Origin: Treponemataceae bacterium
GTDB lineage: Bacteria; Spirochaetota; Spirochaetia; Treponematales; Rectinemataceae
Length of the DNA stretch: 64,000 nucleotides
NCBI GenBank assembly: GCA_963678065.2
Contig: CAXXVZ010000002.1
Coordinates: 288,001 to 352,000 of the forward strand
Direction: 5' to 3'
Below are positions 39,882 through 49,836 of the stretch, piece after piece; the stretch's first letter is position 1; the number at the start of each line of letters is the position of its first letter. The translations under genes were made by a program, and so were the position numbers. The notes beneath the pieces were generated by a model. It was given only the letters and a program-made list of their open reading frames with translations, made no database searches and was not told where the DNA came from.

Positions 39882-40706
39882 ATGAAATTGCTTATCGCCG
39901 TCGATATGGAGGGCGCCACGGGCGTCGTGAGCTGGGACCACGTGGACCCCAAGACTTCCGAGTATCTGCGCTTCAGGCACCTTCTGACCGCCGATGTCAA
40001 CGCCGCGATCGAGGGCGCCCTCGACGCGGGAGTAACGGACATTCAAGTCTCGGACGGGCACTGGAACTCGGGCAACGTCCTCATCGAGGAGCTGAACCCT
40101 AAAGCCCGGCTCAACACGGGGACATCCTCGCCCTTCTCCATGGTCCAGAACGTGCAGAACGGAGTCGACGCGGTTTTCTTCGTCGGTTACCACGCGAGGG
40201 TCGGAACGCCGAACGCGATCCTCGATCACACCTGGTCCTCGGTCCGGGTCGCGAATCTGTGGATCAACGGGCGGATCTCCGGAGAGACAGGGCTGAACGG
40301 CTCCGTCTGCGGAGCTTTCGGCGCGCCGGTGCTCCTCGTGACGGGAGACCAGTCCGTGGCGGCGGAGGCTCGCGAGTGGATCGAAGGGGTAGAAACCGCC
40401 GTCGTAAAGACAGCAGTCGGCCGCGTCTGCGCGCAGTGCCTGCCGCCCACGGCGACGAGGCCTCTCATCCGCGAGGCGGCCGCGCGCGCGGTGCGGCGCC
40501 ATCTCGCCGGCGAGGGACCGAAACCCCTGAAGACGGGGAATCCGGTCACGATACGGATCGAGTTCATGACCAGTCAGATGGCGGACATGGCGAGCCTCTT
40601 CCCGGGCTCAACGCGCGTCGACGGACGCACGATCGAGTTCCAGTCGGCGGACATGCCCTCGGCCTACCGGGGCTTCAGGGCCGCGGTCAATCTGGGGAGC
40701 GTGTAG
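39882..40706 (+). CDS. dppA: D-aminopeptidase, peptidase family M55 (Bacillus DppA-type)
   Basis: VDMEGATGV, SDGH, FFVGYHAR, LDHT, GETGLN, VTGD; ends a dpp operon. Confidence 0.92.
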   Translation: MKLLIAVDMEGATGVVSWDHVDPKTSEYLRFRHLLTADVNAAIEGALDAGVTDIQVSDGHWNSGNVLIEELNPKARLNTGTSSPFSMVQNVQNGVDAVFFVGYHARVGTPNAILDHTWSSVRVANLWINGRISGETGLNGSVCGAFGAPVLLVTGDQSVAAEAREWIEGVETAVVKTAVGRVCAQCLPPTATRPLIREAAARAVRRHLAGEGPKPLKTGNPVTIRIEFMTSQMADMASLFPGSTRVDGRTIEFQSADMPSAYRGFRAAVNLGSV

Positions 40707-40717
40707 AAGCTGGCAGG

Positions 40718-42142
40718 CTACTGCGCCTGCCCGACCTCGCTGCGCTCGATCTTGATCTCACTCCGTTCGATCCCGACTATCTTCCAGCCCTTCTTCCCCT
40801 TTTTGAGCGTCAGCTCATCCGAGGTGATCCGCCCCTCCGGGAGGGGCGAGACGCCTTCCCGGCCCGCGCTCATAGTCCACAAGGTATAGTCGGCGCGCAG
40901 CTTCGCGCTGTCTTCCCCGACCGATTCGGGTGCGAGAGTGAGGCCGGTGATGCCGAAGACCATGGTGCCCGAATCGAGCGCCGGCTTGCCTTTGCTCACC
41001 CATTCAGTTGCGGTGATATAGGGCGACTTGCGCTCGTAGGCCATGCGCATCTTTGTCAGGACGGTCAGGTTCGTGACAAGCGAGTCGTCAGCCTTGGACG
41101 CGGAGCGCTCGGCAGTCACCTCCAGCACCGTGCCATCCAGGCTATCTATGGCCTTGTAGTAGGTTTCGGCCAGGGCCACGGGGCCGAGTCCGGAAAAATC
41201 GGGCCGTTTCCCCCTGTCGACGACGACGGAGCCGATCACAACGCCGAGAATGGCGATGCTGATGCCGACCGCGGCGAGGATTCCGCCTCTTTTCCGCAGG
41301 AAATCGCCGCGGCGTTTCTCCCGCCGCAATCTCTCCTCGCTCTCCACCCTTTGCTTGCCGGCCACGGCCGCTTTGGATGGATCGACATCTCCGAGCCAGC
41401 CATCCCCGGCGCGATCACGCAGCGCGGCGACCCAGGCAGGCAGATCGGCGCCCGAGGGCTGCGAGAGGCTCGCGTCGATACGGGATACGAGGGACGGATG
41501 CAGGCGGGGCTGGACCTGGGCCGAGGGGACGAAGCCGCCGCGCGTGAAGGCCGGAATGTCTGCCTTCGCTTCGGCTTCGAAGGCGGACCGGCCGCAGGCG
41601 AGGCGGTAGGCGATCTGCGCAAGAAGGAAGACAGCTTCGGAGTCGGCATCCTGGGCTTTGCCCGATCGCAGGAAGGCCACAGACTCCGACCTCTCATCCG
41701 GAGGAAGTTTCGCGAATGCGAGCTGGACAATCTTCGGGGGAAGGAAGAGCACCCCATCGGCGCCCGTCATGATACCGCAGGACGAGATCTCGCGCGGAAG
41801 GCATCCCCTCTGCGCAAGCGCGGCGAAGGCGCCGGCCAGATCGAGTACGGCCGCCTCCGCGCGCGCGCGCTCGTCCTTCCCGGCGCCCTGCGTTTCGCAG
41901 GCGCGGATCGACAGGTCCAGGCTGAGGCCCGAAAAGGCCGGACCGGCGAGGACAGTCGCACCGTCTTCGTCGATCGACGATTCGACCTTCCACTCCAGGA
42001 CTTCGTCGCCCTTCACGAGATAGCCCGTGTCGCCCATCATGCGGGACATGAGCTGCGCCGAATTTCTCTGCTGGGATACCGGTATCCTGATACCCGTCCT
42101 GTCACCGCCGTCAAAAAATCCGGAGACAATCATTTCATACAT
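40718..42142 (-). CDS. Hypothetical single-pass membrane protein; start uncertain
   Basis: Long ORF; one TM segment (GGILAAVGISIAILGVVIGSVVV) after a basic patch; N-terminal half loosely kinase C-lobe-like (LAYRLACGRSAF-type segment). Confidence 0.6.
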   Translation of the reverse strand: MYEMIVSGFFDGGDRTGIRIPVSQQRNSAQLMSRMMGDTGYLVKGDEVLEWKVESSIDEDGATVLAGPAFSGLSLDLSIRACETQGAGKDERARAEAAVLDLAGAFAALAQRGCLPREISSCGIMTGADGVLFLPPKIVQLAFAKLPPDERSESVAFLRSGKAQDADSEAVFLLAQIAYRLACGRSAFEAEAKADIPAFTRGGFVPSAQVQPRLHPSLVSRIDASLSQPSGADLPAWVAALRDRAGDGWLGDVDPSKAAVAGKQRVESEERLRREKRRGDFLRKRGGILAAVGISIAILGVVIGSVVVDRGKRPDFSGLGPVALAETYYKAIDSLDGTVLEVTAERSASKADDSLVTNLTVLTKMRMAYERKSPYITATEWVSKGKPALDSGTMVFGITGLTLAPESVGEDSAKLRADYTLWTMSAGREGVSPLPEGRITSDELTLKKGKKGWKIVGIERSEIKIERSEVGQAQ

Positions 42143-42268
42143 TGTACGATAGATGATATCGACGCGGGAGCCGTACTGTCGAGGGCCGCGGGAGCGAAAA
42201 ACCTGGTCTCCGCGGACTCGGGCGGGCCTGAGGAAAAAGAGATGCAGCCGCTTCATAACAAAAAGTTT

Positions 42269-42297
42269 TTGACCACCCGGGCGCAAAACCGTATAAT
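42269..42297 (+). promoter_or_regulatory. Near-consensus sigma70 promoter upstream of the lipoprotein gene
   Basis: TTGACC-17 bp-TATAAT. Confidence 0.78.
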
Positions 42298-42361
42298 TCG
42301 GTCCATGGCATGAAATTGCCGATTTAAACAATCCATCTTCTGGTGTCCGGGAGAATCGACG

Positions 42362-44296
42362 ATGAAATCTCTTTCGCCTCTGTCGGGTTTACTCGTACTG
42401 AGCGTTCTGTTCGCCTCATGCACCAGCGTCACGACCGTCCAGACCGTGGCCACGCCCGCATTCTCCGTTTCCGCGGGCAGCTACACCTCGAGCGTCGCCC
42501 TGAGCATCACGAGCTCGACGAGCGGGGCCAGCATCCGCTACACGACTGACGGCAGCGCGCCGACCAGCAGCTCCGGGACCCTGTACTCCGCGGCCATCAC
42601 GATATCGTCGACACAGACAATCAAAGCCATCGCCTTCAAGACGGGCTGGAACGATTCCGAAGTCGCGAGCGCCACCTACACCATCTCCTCGTCTCCCTCC
42701 ACATACTCGTATTCGAAGGCCAATCCCCTCTTCGAGGTCGATTTCTCGGGGTCATTCTCCATGACCCTGACGGTCTCCGGGGCGGAGGGATCCTCGGTCT
42801 ACCTCGTCAAGGCCAACCCTTCCTCCTCCTCCGCCTCGGCATCGACGACAGGCAAAGCGGCGTCAGCGACCGGAAGCGAGGCATCCTCGATCGCCGCGGC
42901 CTCATCATCCACCGCCTCGTATTCGAGCTCGGGAAGACCGACCCGCTACGAGCACGCGGCGGCGGCGGAGTTCAACGCCAATCCGCCTGCGGTCACGATT
43001 GCCGCGCGCGGGATTGCCGCCTCGGCTTCCGTGAGCTACGGCGACGGGAGTTCCAGCCTCGTCGTCGACTCTTCCGCGAAATCCTTCTGGGTGGAAAACT
43101 CCTCAGGCGCCTGGGTGCAAAAAACCGCCACGCTGAGGGCTGTCGGCCGTTACTGCTACGTGTGGGTCGCGGACGAGTGCTTCAGCGCAAGCTCGACGGC
43201 GGACAACGACAACGCGATCACGGGAGCGCAGGCCGCCGCGATCCAGGCAAAATTCGACGGCAGCTCTGCCGCTTCCTGGACGGACGGCATTTTCAAGAAC
43301 GTCACCTCGATCTTCGGATACGAGTATGGCGGCGGAGCGGGAGGCTCGGGCGGACGCGACGGGGACCAGCACATCGCGATTCTCGTGTACGACATAGGCG
43401 GCGACTACATCTCGACACAGACGGGCGGCGTGCTCGGCTATTTCTGGGGCAAGGACTACTACGACCAGACGACTCTGGACTCGTACTACGGCACGGACAG
43501 CTACAAGACCAACTATTCGGAAATTTTCTACGTCGACACGCATTTCACCGACAAGTATCCATCCTACATACTTTCCACGCTCGCCCACGAATACCAGCAC
43601 ATGATCAACTTCAACCGGAAAACGGTGGAGAACGGCCTGTCCTCTCCGAGCTGGTGCAACGAGATGTGCTCGATGGTGGCCGAGGATTTCGTCGACGCCA
43701 ACATCGGACTCGATCCCGCGACGGACGGCCCGATCTCCCGCTTCCCCGAGTTCGCCTACCACTACGCGGAGTCAGGCGTCACCGACTGGTCCAGCTCGCT
43801 CAAGAACTACGCAGGAGCCTTCGCCTTCGGGGCCTATCTCGAGAGGAATTACGGGGGAGCCAGTCTGTTCAAGGCCATGTCGGACAATTCGTCGGTCGGG
43901 ACGACCTCGATCACAACCGCGCTCTCCAGCCTCGGCTACTCCGACACCTTCGACGCCGCCTTCCTGAAGTATGGGCAGGCCCTCGTGTTCACGAACCAAC
44001 CCACGGGCGCTTCCGTGAAGAGCTTCAAGCAGGAATCCGCCGTCTACATCGACAGCATGAAATTCACCGCCCAGGCCATCGATCTCGATACTGTTCAGCA
44101 ATACGACCTGTCCGCAGGCAGCTCGACGGGGTCCTACGGCATCAGACTGTACGATCCCTCGACGATGGTGGAGCTCCGCCCCTACGGTTACTCGGTCCAC
44201 AGCCGGACAGCCTGGCAGAACCTGAGCGGGAGCCTTTCGCTGACGCTGACCGCCCCGACGGACTCCGACGTGAAGTTCTACATCATGGTCAAATGA
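42362..44296 (+). CDS. Lipoprotein: FN3-associated/chitobiase-like domain plus M30-like zinc metallopeptidase
   Basis: Lipobox LFASC; VATPAFS..GSY, IRYTTDGSAPT, TIKAIAFK; GYFWGKD, TLAHEYQHMINF and WCNEMCSMVAED. Confidence 0.85.
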   Translation: MKSLSPLSGLLVLSVLFASCTSVTTVQTVATPAFSVSAGSYTSSVALSITSSTSGASIRYTTDGSAPTSSSGTLYSAAITISSTQTIKAIAFKTGWNDSEVASATYTISSSPSTYSYSKANPLFEVDFSGSFSMTLTVSGAEGSSVYLVKANPSSSSASASTTGKAASATGSEASSIAAASSSTASYSSSGRPTRYEHAAAAEFNANPPAVTIAARGIAASASVSYGDGSSSLVVDSSAKSFWVENSSGAWVQKTATLRAVGRYCYVWVADECFSASSTADNDNAITGAQAAAIQAKFDGSSAASWTDGIFKNVTSIFGYEYGGGAGGSGGRDGDQHIAILVYDIGGDYISTQTGGVLGYFWGKDYYDQTTLDSYYGTDSYKTNYSEIFYVDTHFTDKYPSYILSTLAHEYQHMINFNRKTVENGLSSPSWCNEMCSMVAEDFVDANIGLDPATDGPISRFPEFAYHYAESGVTDWSSSLKNYAGAFAFGAYLERNYGGASLFKAMSDNSSVGTTSITTALSSLGYSDTFDAAFLKYGQALVFTNQPTGASVKSFKQESAVYIDSMKFTAQAIDLDTVQQYDLSAGSSTGSYGIRLYDPSTMVELRPYGYSVHSRTAWQNLSGSLSLTLTAPTDSDVKFYIMVK

Positions 44297-44323
44297 GGGC
44301 AGCCGCGACGGGGCGGACGCGCA

Positions 44324-44352
44324 TTGCGCAGATTCCATCCCGTCGCTAGTAT
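44324..44352 (+). promoter_or_regulatory. Possible sigma70 promoter, near-leaderless, for the MFS gene
   Basis: TTGCGC-17 bp-TAGTAT-9 bp-ATG, no Shine-Dalgarno. Confidence 0.5.
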
Positions 44353-44361
44353 ACGTTCATC

Positions 44362-45672
44362 ATGACAAAAACTTTGATCCTCTCCTTCGGCAAACGGAAT
44401 TTTCCGGCCCTCGGCCACCGCAATTTCCGTCTGTTCTGGGGCGGGCAGTGCGTGTCGCTTATCGGGACATGGATGCAGAACATCGGGCAATCCTGGCTCG
44501 TGCTCAAACTGACGGGCAGTCCCATGAAGCTCGGCGTGGTTTCGGCCGTCCAGTTCCTGCCTGTACTTCTGTTTTCGCTTTTCGCCGGCCCCTTCGTAGA
44601 CCGCTTTCCGAAGAAACGCATGCTGCTCTTCACGCAATCCATGCTCATGATCCTCGCCTTCGTCCTCGCCGCCCTTACGGGCTTCGGGCTTGTCAGGTAC
44701 TGGCATGTCCTCGTGCTCGCCCTCCTCCTCGGCCTCACGAATACCCTCGATATCCCTACGCGGCAATCGTTCATCATAGAGATGGTCGGGAGAGAGGACC
44801 TCATGAATGCCATCTCGCTCAACTCGACGATGTTCAACCTGGCCCGCATCGTCGGGCCGGCCGTGGCGGGGCTCATGATCGGCGCGATCGGAATCGCACC
44901 CTGCTTCGTCCTGAATGGACTCAGCTTCATCGCCGTGATCGCGGCGCTCACCCGGATCGACTCGGGAAAGCCGCAGGAAAAGACAGCAGCGGACGCGACC
45001 GCGGCGGGCAAAAAAAAGCTGGAGCTCGCCTCGCTTCTGCGGGACACGGGCGAGGGATTGCGCTACATCGGAGGCAAACCGGGCATACTCTGGCCCCTCG
45101 CACTCCTCGGCGGCATGAGCCTCTTCGTCCTCAACTTCAGCGTAGTCATCCCCGTCTTCGCGCGCGACAGCATCGGGGGCGACGCGACGGAATACGGCTT
45201 CCTCATGACAGCGATGGGTATCGGCTCCCTCGCCGGAGCGGTCACCCTCGCGGTGAAAAGTTCCGGCGGGCCGAAAATCGGCCGGCTCCTCGTGGGGGCC
45301 TTCGGGATGTCCGCCTTCAGCCTCCTCATCGGCCTGCAGGGAAACTTCGCCCTGTCCTGCGCCCTTCTGATATTGACCGGATTCTTCACCATCCTCTGCA
45401 CGACGCAGGCGAATGTTCTCGTGCAGATCCGCTCCGAAGACGGGATGCGCGGGCGGGTCATGAGCGTGTTTTCCATGGTCTTCGGCGGGGTTACGCCGAT
45501 CGGCAGCCTCTACGCAGGCGCCCTCATCGAAGCGGCGGGCGCGGCCTTCTGCCTCGTCGCGAGCGGGATCATCGGACTCGTGATGGCGGCGGCATGCTCA
45601 GTGGTCGTGCAGCTATCCGGGACCAGGAAAAACAGCGGCGATGGGGGACAAGGGCCGGCAATTCGCGGATAA
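44362..45672 (+). CDS. MFS transporter (DHA3/MFS_3-like)
   Basis: HRNFRLFWGGQCVSLIGTWMQ, PTRQSF, NAISLNS..FNLARIVGPAVAG, MRGRVMS. Confidence 0.92.
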   Translation: MTKTLILSFGKRNFPALGHRNFRLFWGGQCVSLIGTWMQNIGQSWLVLKLTGSPMKLGVVSAVQFLPVLLFSLFAGPFVDRFPKKRMLLFTQSMLMILAFVLAALTGFGLVRYWHVLVLALLLGLTNTLDIPTRQSFIIEMVGREDLMNAISLNSTMFNLARIVGPAVAGLMIGAIGIAPCFVLNGLSFIAVIAALTRIDSGKPQEKTAADATAAGKKKLELASLLRDTGEGLRYIGGKPGILWPLALLGGMSLFVLNFSVVIPVFARDSIGGDATEYGFLMTAMGIGSLAGAVTLAVKSSGGPKIGRLLVGAFGMSAFSLLIGLQGNFALSCALLILTGFFTILCTTQANVLVQIRSEDGMRGRVMSVFSMVFGGVTPIGSLYAGALIEAAGAAFCLVASGIIGLVMAAACSVVVQLSGTRKNSGDGGQGPAIRG

Positions 45673-45691
45673 TCCTGGAACATGGACCCGG

Positions 45692-47440
45692 TTATGCGGG
45701 GCGGAATATGACTTCCGAGACGGCGACCGATCTCTCCTCGCCCGGAGCAAAGCCCGCGACCCTCAGTTTGACGCGGTAGCTTCCCGCCGCGGCGATGACG
45801 ATCCTCCCCGTGACGGTGATCTGTTCCGGGAAGTATTTCGCCCGCGGATCGTCCACCGTTTCATCCTCCCGAAGCTCGCTTTCGAGGCGCTGCCCCGCCA
45901 TTTCCAGGGAGACCCTGTGCCCCCTCCCTGCAGGAGGAAGTTCCGGATGCGTTTTTACGGACACCACCGTGGCGACATACTCTCCGGGTTCGAAAACCCT
46001 GCACGACCAGGACAACCAGGTTTTCCGGTTTGTCCAGCCTGCCGTGTACCCGGGACGCGATATTCGGGCCTTGCCGTATGCGGGAGCGTGTATTCGGGCC
46101 ATGCGGACCGGCAGCCTGATGCATGAGTCGGGCTGCTGCATGAGGCCGGAATCGACGCACAAATCTCCTTCAAACTCCAGCGCGACCACTCCGATATTCA
46201 GGGGAGGAGAGGCCCCGAAACCTTCGATATACAGAATATCCCTTTCGGGATTCCGCTCGATACACTGCCTGACCGCAAGTTTCTCGGACGGATCGGACAG
46301 GCACCAAGCCTCTTTCACTCTGCTCTTGAGTCCGTAAAGCGTAAAAGTACCCTGGGGCCACGAGAACATGAAAAGATAGAGTCGTCCACGCTTCCAGGTC
46401 ACCCGGCCCCAGGAGAAATCGAAGGAGAATGGGCTCGCCTGGGTGCCGTAGATGGCTTCGCCGTTTATTTTCATCCACGCTCCGATTCCCTTCAGTCTTT
46501 CGACACTTTCAGGCGGGAAAAAGCCATCGCCGTCAGGACCCACATTGAGAATGTAATTGACTCCCTTGGCGGCGAGATCGACGAGGAGACAGAGCAGTGT
46601 GTCCAGGGATTTCCATTCCCTGTCGCCGGATTTGTATCCCCATGTGTCGTTCATCGTGCCAGGGGTTTCATAGTCTCCGTCTATCCCGCCGGCGGGCAAC
46701 TGGTTGTCGCCGAGGCTGCCGTAATCGCCGAGGTCATGACCGATCCGGCCACTCACGAGACAGTCAGGCTGGAACGACCTGACATATTCCGCGAGCTCCC
46801 GGCTGTGTTCCGCGCTGATCGTGTACGGCGTATCGAACCAGATGAGTCCGATCGGGCCGTATCCCGTCAGCAGCTCCCTGAGTTGGGGTTTTACCTTCCT
46901 CTCGAGATAGGCGCGAAAATCCTTTTTTGCCGGGTCGAAATCCCAGTCATTCCAGGCGCCGTCGGGATCGTGCCAGTCCTGATCCTGCGAATAATAGAAA
47001 CCCAGTCTGATTCCCGCTTCCGCGCAAGCCGTCGAGAGCTCCTTGAGAGGGTCCCGCTTCCATGGAGTCGCGGCGACGATATTGTAGGGGTTGTCCGGAG
47101 AGTCGAACATCGCGAATCCGTCATGATGTTTGGCGGTGATGACGATGTACTTCATTCCGGCTTCTTTGGCAAGCGCGACCCATTCCACCGCGTCGAATCC
47201 CGAAGGAACAAATCCGGCCGCGATCGATGCGTATTCGTTTCTGGGAATGCGTCGCGCGTGCATGATCCATTCGCCTATACCGTCCACTTCCTCACCCTTC
47301 CAGAATCCCGCAAGCTTCGAGTACAGCCCCCAGTGGATGAACAGCCCGAATCGCGCTTCCCGCCACCAACGAAGGGCCTCTTCATTGAAAACCTCAGCCT
47401 GTCCACGACCGCCGAAGAGGTCCCTTTTGGTCAACTTCAT
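45692..47440 (-). CDS. GH29 alpha-L-fucosidase with C-terminal extension
   Basis: WWREARFGLFIHWGLYS, AGMKYIVITAKHHDGF, GFYYS..DW, IWFDTP, TMNDTWGY, LNVGPDGDG, WMKINGEAIYGT. Confidence 0.93.
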   Translation of the reverse strand: MKLTKRDLFGGRGQAEVFNEEALRWWREARFGLFIHWGLYSKLAGFWKGEEVDGIGEWIMHARRIPRNEYASIAAGFVPSGFDAVEWVALAKEAGMKYIVITAKHHDGFAMFDSPDNPYNIVAATPWKRDPLKELSTACAEAGIRLGFYYSQDQDWHDPDGAWNDWDFDPAKKDFRAYLERKVKPQLRELLTGYGPIGLIWFDTPYTISAEHSRELAEYVRSFQPDCLVSGRIGHDLGDYGSLGDNQLPAGGIDGDYETPGTMNDTWGYKSGDREWKSLDTLLCLLVDLAAKGVNYILNVGPDGDGFFPPESVERLKGIGAWMKINGEAIYGTQASPFSFDFSWGRVTWKRGRLYLFMFSWPQGTFTLYGLKSRVKEAWCLSDPSEKLAVRQCIERNPERDILYIEGFGASPPLNIGVVALEFEGDLCVDSGLMQQPDSCIRLPVRMARIHAPAYGKARISRPGYTAGWTNRKTWLSWSCRVFEPGEYVATVVSVKTHPELPPAGRGHRVSLEMAGQRLESELREDETVDDPRAKYFPEQITVTGRIVIAAAGSYRVKLRVAGFAPGEERSVAVSEVIFRPA

Positions 47441-48726
47441 GCCGGATCTCCTGCGGCCAAAGCCTCTTCCATCGCTATCGCGGCCCACTCGTGGAGCCGG
47501 CGCGGCTCGTTCAGGACCGTGGAGTTATCTTTCATGATAATTTCGAGGGACACTCCCGCCTCTCGGGTTTTCCGGATAACCTGCCGCAGTTCAGTCCGGG
47601 CGCGTCCGGGATTCCAGACCCGGTCGACGAAGACGGCCGGATTGGGTTTCCACGAGAAGACGAATGCGTTCCCGTAATTCCGGATCGCTTCGTCGAGATC
47701 TGCCCAGGGACTCATGGATATTTTCCGGAGCTTGGGTATGCGTCTGACCTGTTCATGCTTCGCGTGGAGGGCTTCGCAGCAGCCGTAATAATTGTATCCC
47801 CAGCGCGAGAGCCACGGGATGTCATGTCGCAAGGCGAATTCCCAATGCATCTCGGGAGAAACGCCGGAAAATATCTGGGCATTCGAACAGCCCCACATCT
47901 CGGAAGGACCCGCGATTCCGTCCCCGGCCTCGTTTCCGGCCTGCGAATCCGCCACATTGCCGTAACCTCCGGACCCGACGCGCACATTCGTGGTTCCGAT
48001 GGAGAGAAGCCCTTCGCGCCCGAACGAGTCGAGAACCTTCAGCGCTTCCGATACATATGTGCCGACCGCGAGATTGACGAGGTCGGGCTGGAGCACGAGG
48101 TCCATCATAGCCTGTTGGACTCCCCAGACACGTATGAGGTTATCCCATGGCGTATACCAGATGTGCCGGACTCCCCTCAGCTTGACGGGGAGCACCTGTC
48201 CGAATGCCTCGAGGGCAGCGCCGTAGGCCAGCTCGGTTTTCTGTCGGTCGTAAGACGCCGGCATGAGGCGGACCAGCCTCTCGACATCCTTCTCGTCCTC
48301 TATCTGCGGGACGAACTCGTGGGAACTGATCCCCTGCTCCCCGGCCTGCGGAATCGTCTTTTCCAGCACATCGAGCCTGAAGGAGCCGCCGGTCCACGAT
48401 TTCGTCACCTCGAACCAGGGCGACACGATCATGTCGCAGGGCATGTGGCGCCATTGGTAGAGGATTTTCCTTAGCCGGAACTCCCACTCTTTCGCGAGTT
48501 CGCCGGTGCATCGGAGAGTCAACTCACCTTCCGAATCCAGTTCGTGCCAGGGAATCTCGTTGATCCAGACCATAGGTCTTTCCGCTCTGTTTTCGTTGAG
48601 ATCCGCCCACAGCCGTCCCCGCGTCGCGTTGCCCGGATCGGCAGCCGCAGCGGCGTATTCGTCGGCGAGACGAACGAGAATTCCCCTGTCCCGCGGGGAG
48701 ATAGCGCCATATTCACCGGTCTCCAT
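47437..48726 (-). CDS. URO-D/MtaA-fold protein, paralogue 1
   Basis: EIPWHE, VSPEMHWEF, YYGCCEALH, LRKISMSPW, FSWKPNP, EIIMKD. Confidence 0.7.
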   Translation of the reverse strand: METGEYGAISPRDRGILVRLADEYAAAAADPGNATRGRLWADLNENRAERPMVWINEIPWHELDSEGELTLRCTGELAKEWEFRLRKILYQWRHMPCDMIVSPWFEVTKSWTGGSFRLDVLEKTIPQAGEQGISSHEFVPQIEDEKDVERLVRLMPASYDRQKTELAYGAALEAFGQVLPVKLRGVRHIWYTPWDNLIRVWGVQQAMMDLVLQPDLVNLAVGTYVSEALKVLDSFGREGLLSIGTTNVRVGSGGYGNVADSQAGNEAGDGIAGPSEMWGCSNAQIFSGVSPEMHWEFALRHDIPWLSRWGYNYYGCCEALHAKHEQVRRIPKLRKISMSPWADLDEAIRNYGNAFVFSWKPNPAVFVDRVWNPGRARTELRQVIRKTREAGVSLEIIMKDNSTVLNEPRRLHEWAAIAMEEALAAGDPA

Positions 48727-48734
48727 ATGCCATC

Positions 48735-49802
48735 CTACCTTTTGCGCATTTCCAGGTACGCTTCCTGGTAAATGAGAGCGCTCTCGACGGGAGTGTTCTG
48801 GGGAATATGGTTGCCCGTGCAGAATATGAAGCCCGGGTATGGTTTCCCGGTATCCATGCAGCGTTTGACTTCCGCGCGTATCTCCTCTTTCGTGCCCGAC
48901 AGCAGCACCCGCGTATCCGCGTTTCCGACGAACCCGTGCGTCTTGCCGTAGCGTTCGGCGAAGAGAGCCATATCGCTCATGGGCTCCATGACGACCGTAT
49001 CCGCCCCGCACTCGATGATGTCCCCGAAAAACGCCGTCCAGTCACCGTCGGACGTGAACATGATTTTCTTTCCCGCTTCCTTGAGCGGAGCCCAGAGTTT
49101 TTTCATGCTGGGGAAAATATACCTGCGGTACCAGGCCGGATTCACGACAGGTCCGGAGGTCCAGCACAAATCGTCGTGGGACATTATCACGGGAATCCGT
49201 GAGTCGGCGTAGGCTTCATAGAATTGCCGTACCCACCCGTAATACCGATCCACTATTTGGCCGAAGCGGTCCGGATCGAGTCCGAGACTGGTCAGCAGCA
49301 TGTCCCAGCCGAAAATGTCGATGAGACCCGAGAACATGGTAATGTAGACGCCTCCCGTATTGACGGTGTCCTCGTTCTCCCTGCAGAGTTCGTCATACTT
49401 GGCTTCGAATTCCGCGATGAGCGCGCTTCGGGGAAAAATTCCGTATTCTTCGATGGGGTCGAAGGTGAACACCTCTTCGGGATCGGAGAAGGGACAGGCT
49501 ATGCTTTCCCGCCGATCCCCGCTTCCGTCCGCCAGCTCGGCGTAGACGGCGTGTCCCATGTCGGTGAATCTGCCCTTGTTCCTCTGGAAAAATTTCCTGT
49601 TTACATACGTCGACCAATCGAATGCGTAATCCCAGGCCTTGATGAATCTCCGCGAGGCTTCTCTGCGGTTTTCGATGATATCGGTATCGATTCCCGTCAC
49701 GGCTTTCAGAAGAGGCCAGTGACTCTCCGCCGAATACTCGGTCCGGGGCACGGTATCGGTGAACTCCAGATTGAGGGCGGCAAGCCCGCTTTTCAATGAC
49801 AT
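48735..49802 (-). CDS. URO-D/MtaA-fold protein, paralogue 2
   Basis: SHDDLCWTSGP, WYRRYIFP, FTSDGD, GNADTRVLLSGTKEEIRAEVKRC, GFIFCTGNHIP. Confidence 0.82.
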   Translation of the reverse strand: MSLKSGLAALNLEFTDTVPRTEYSAESHWPLLKAVTGIDTDIIENRREASRRFIKAWDYAFDWSTYVNRKFFQRNKGRFTDMGHAVYAELADGSGDRRESIACPFSDPEEVFTFDPIEEYGIFPRSALIAEFEAKYDELCRENEDTVNTGGVYITMFSGLIDIFGWDMLLTSLGLDPDRFGQIVDRYYGWVRQFYEAYADSRIPVIMSHDDLCWTSGPVVNPAWYRRYIFPSMKKLWAPLKEAGKKIMFTSDGDWTAFFGDIIECGADTVVMEPMSDMALFAERYGKTHGFVGNADTRVLLSGTKEEIRAEVKRCMDTGKPYPGFIFCTGNHIPQNTPVESALIYQEAYLEMRKR

Positions 49803-49836
49803 CGTCGGTCCTCCATTGTATGGTTCACGGCGAGGA

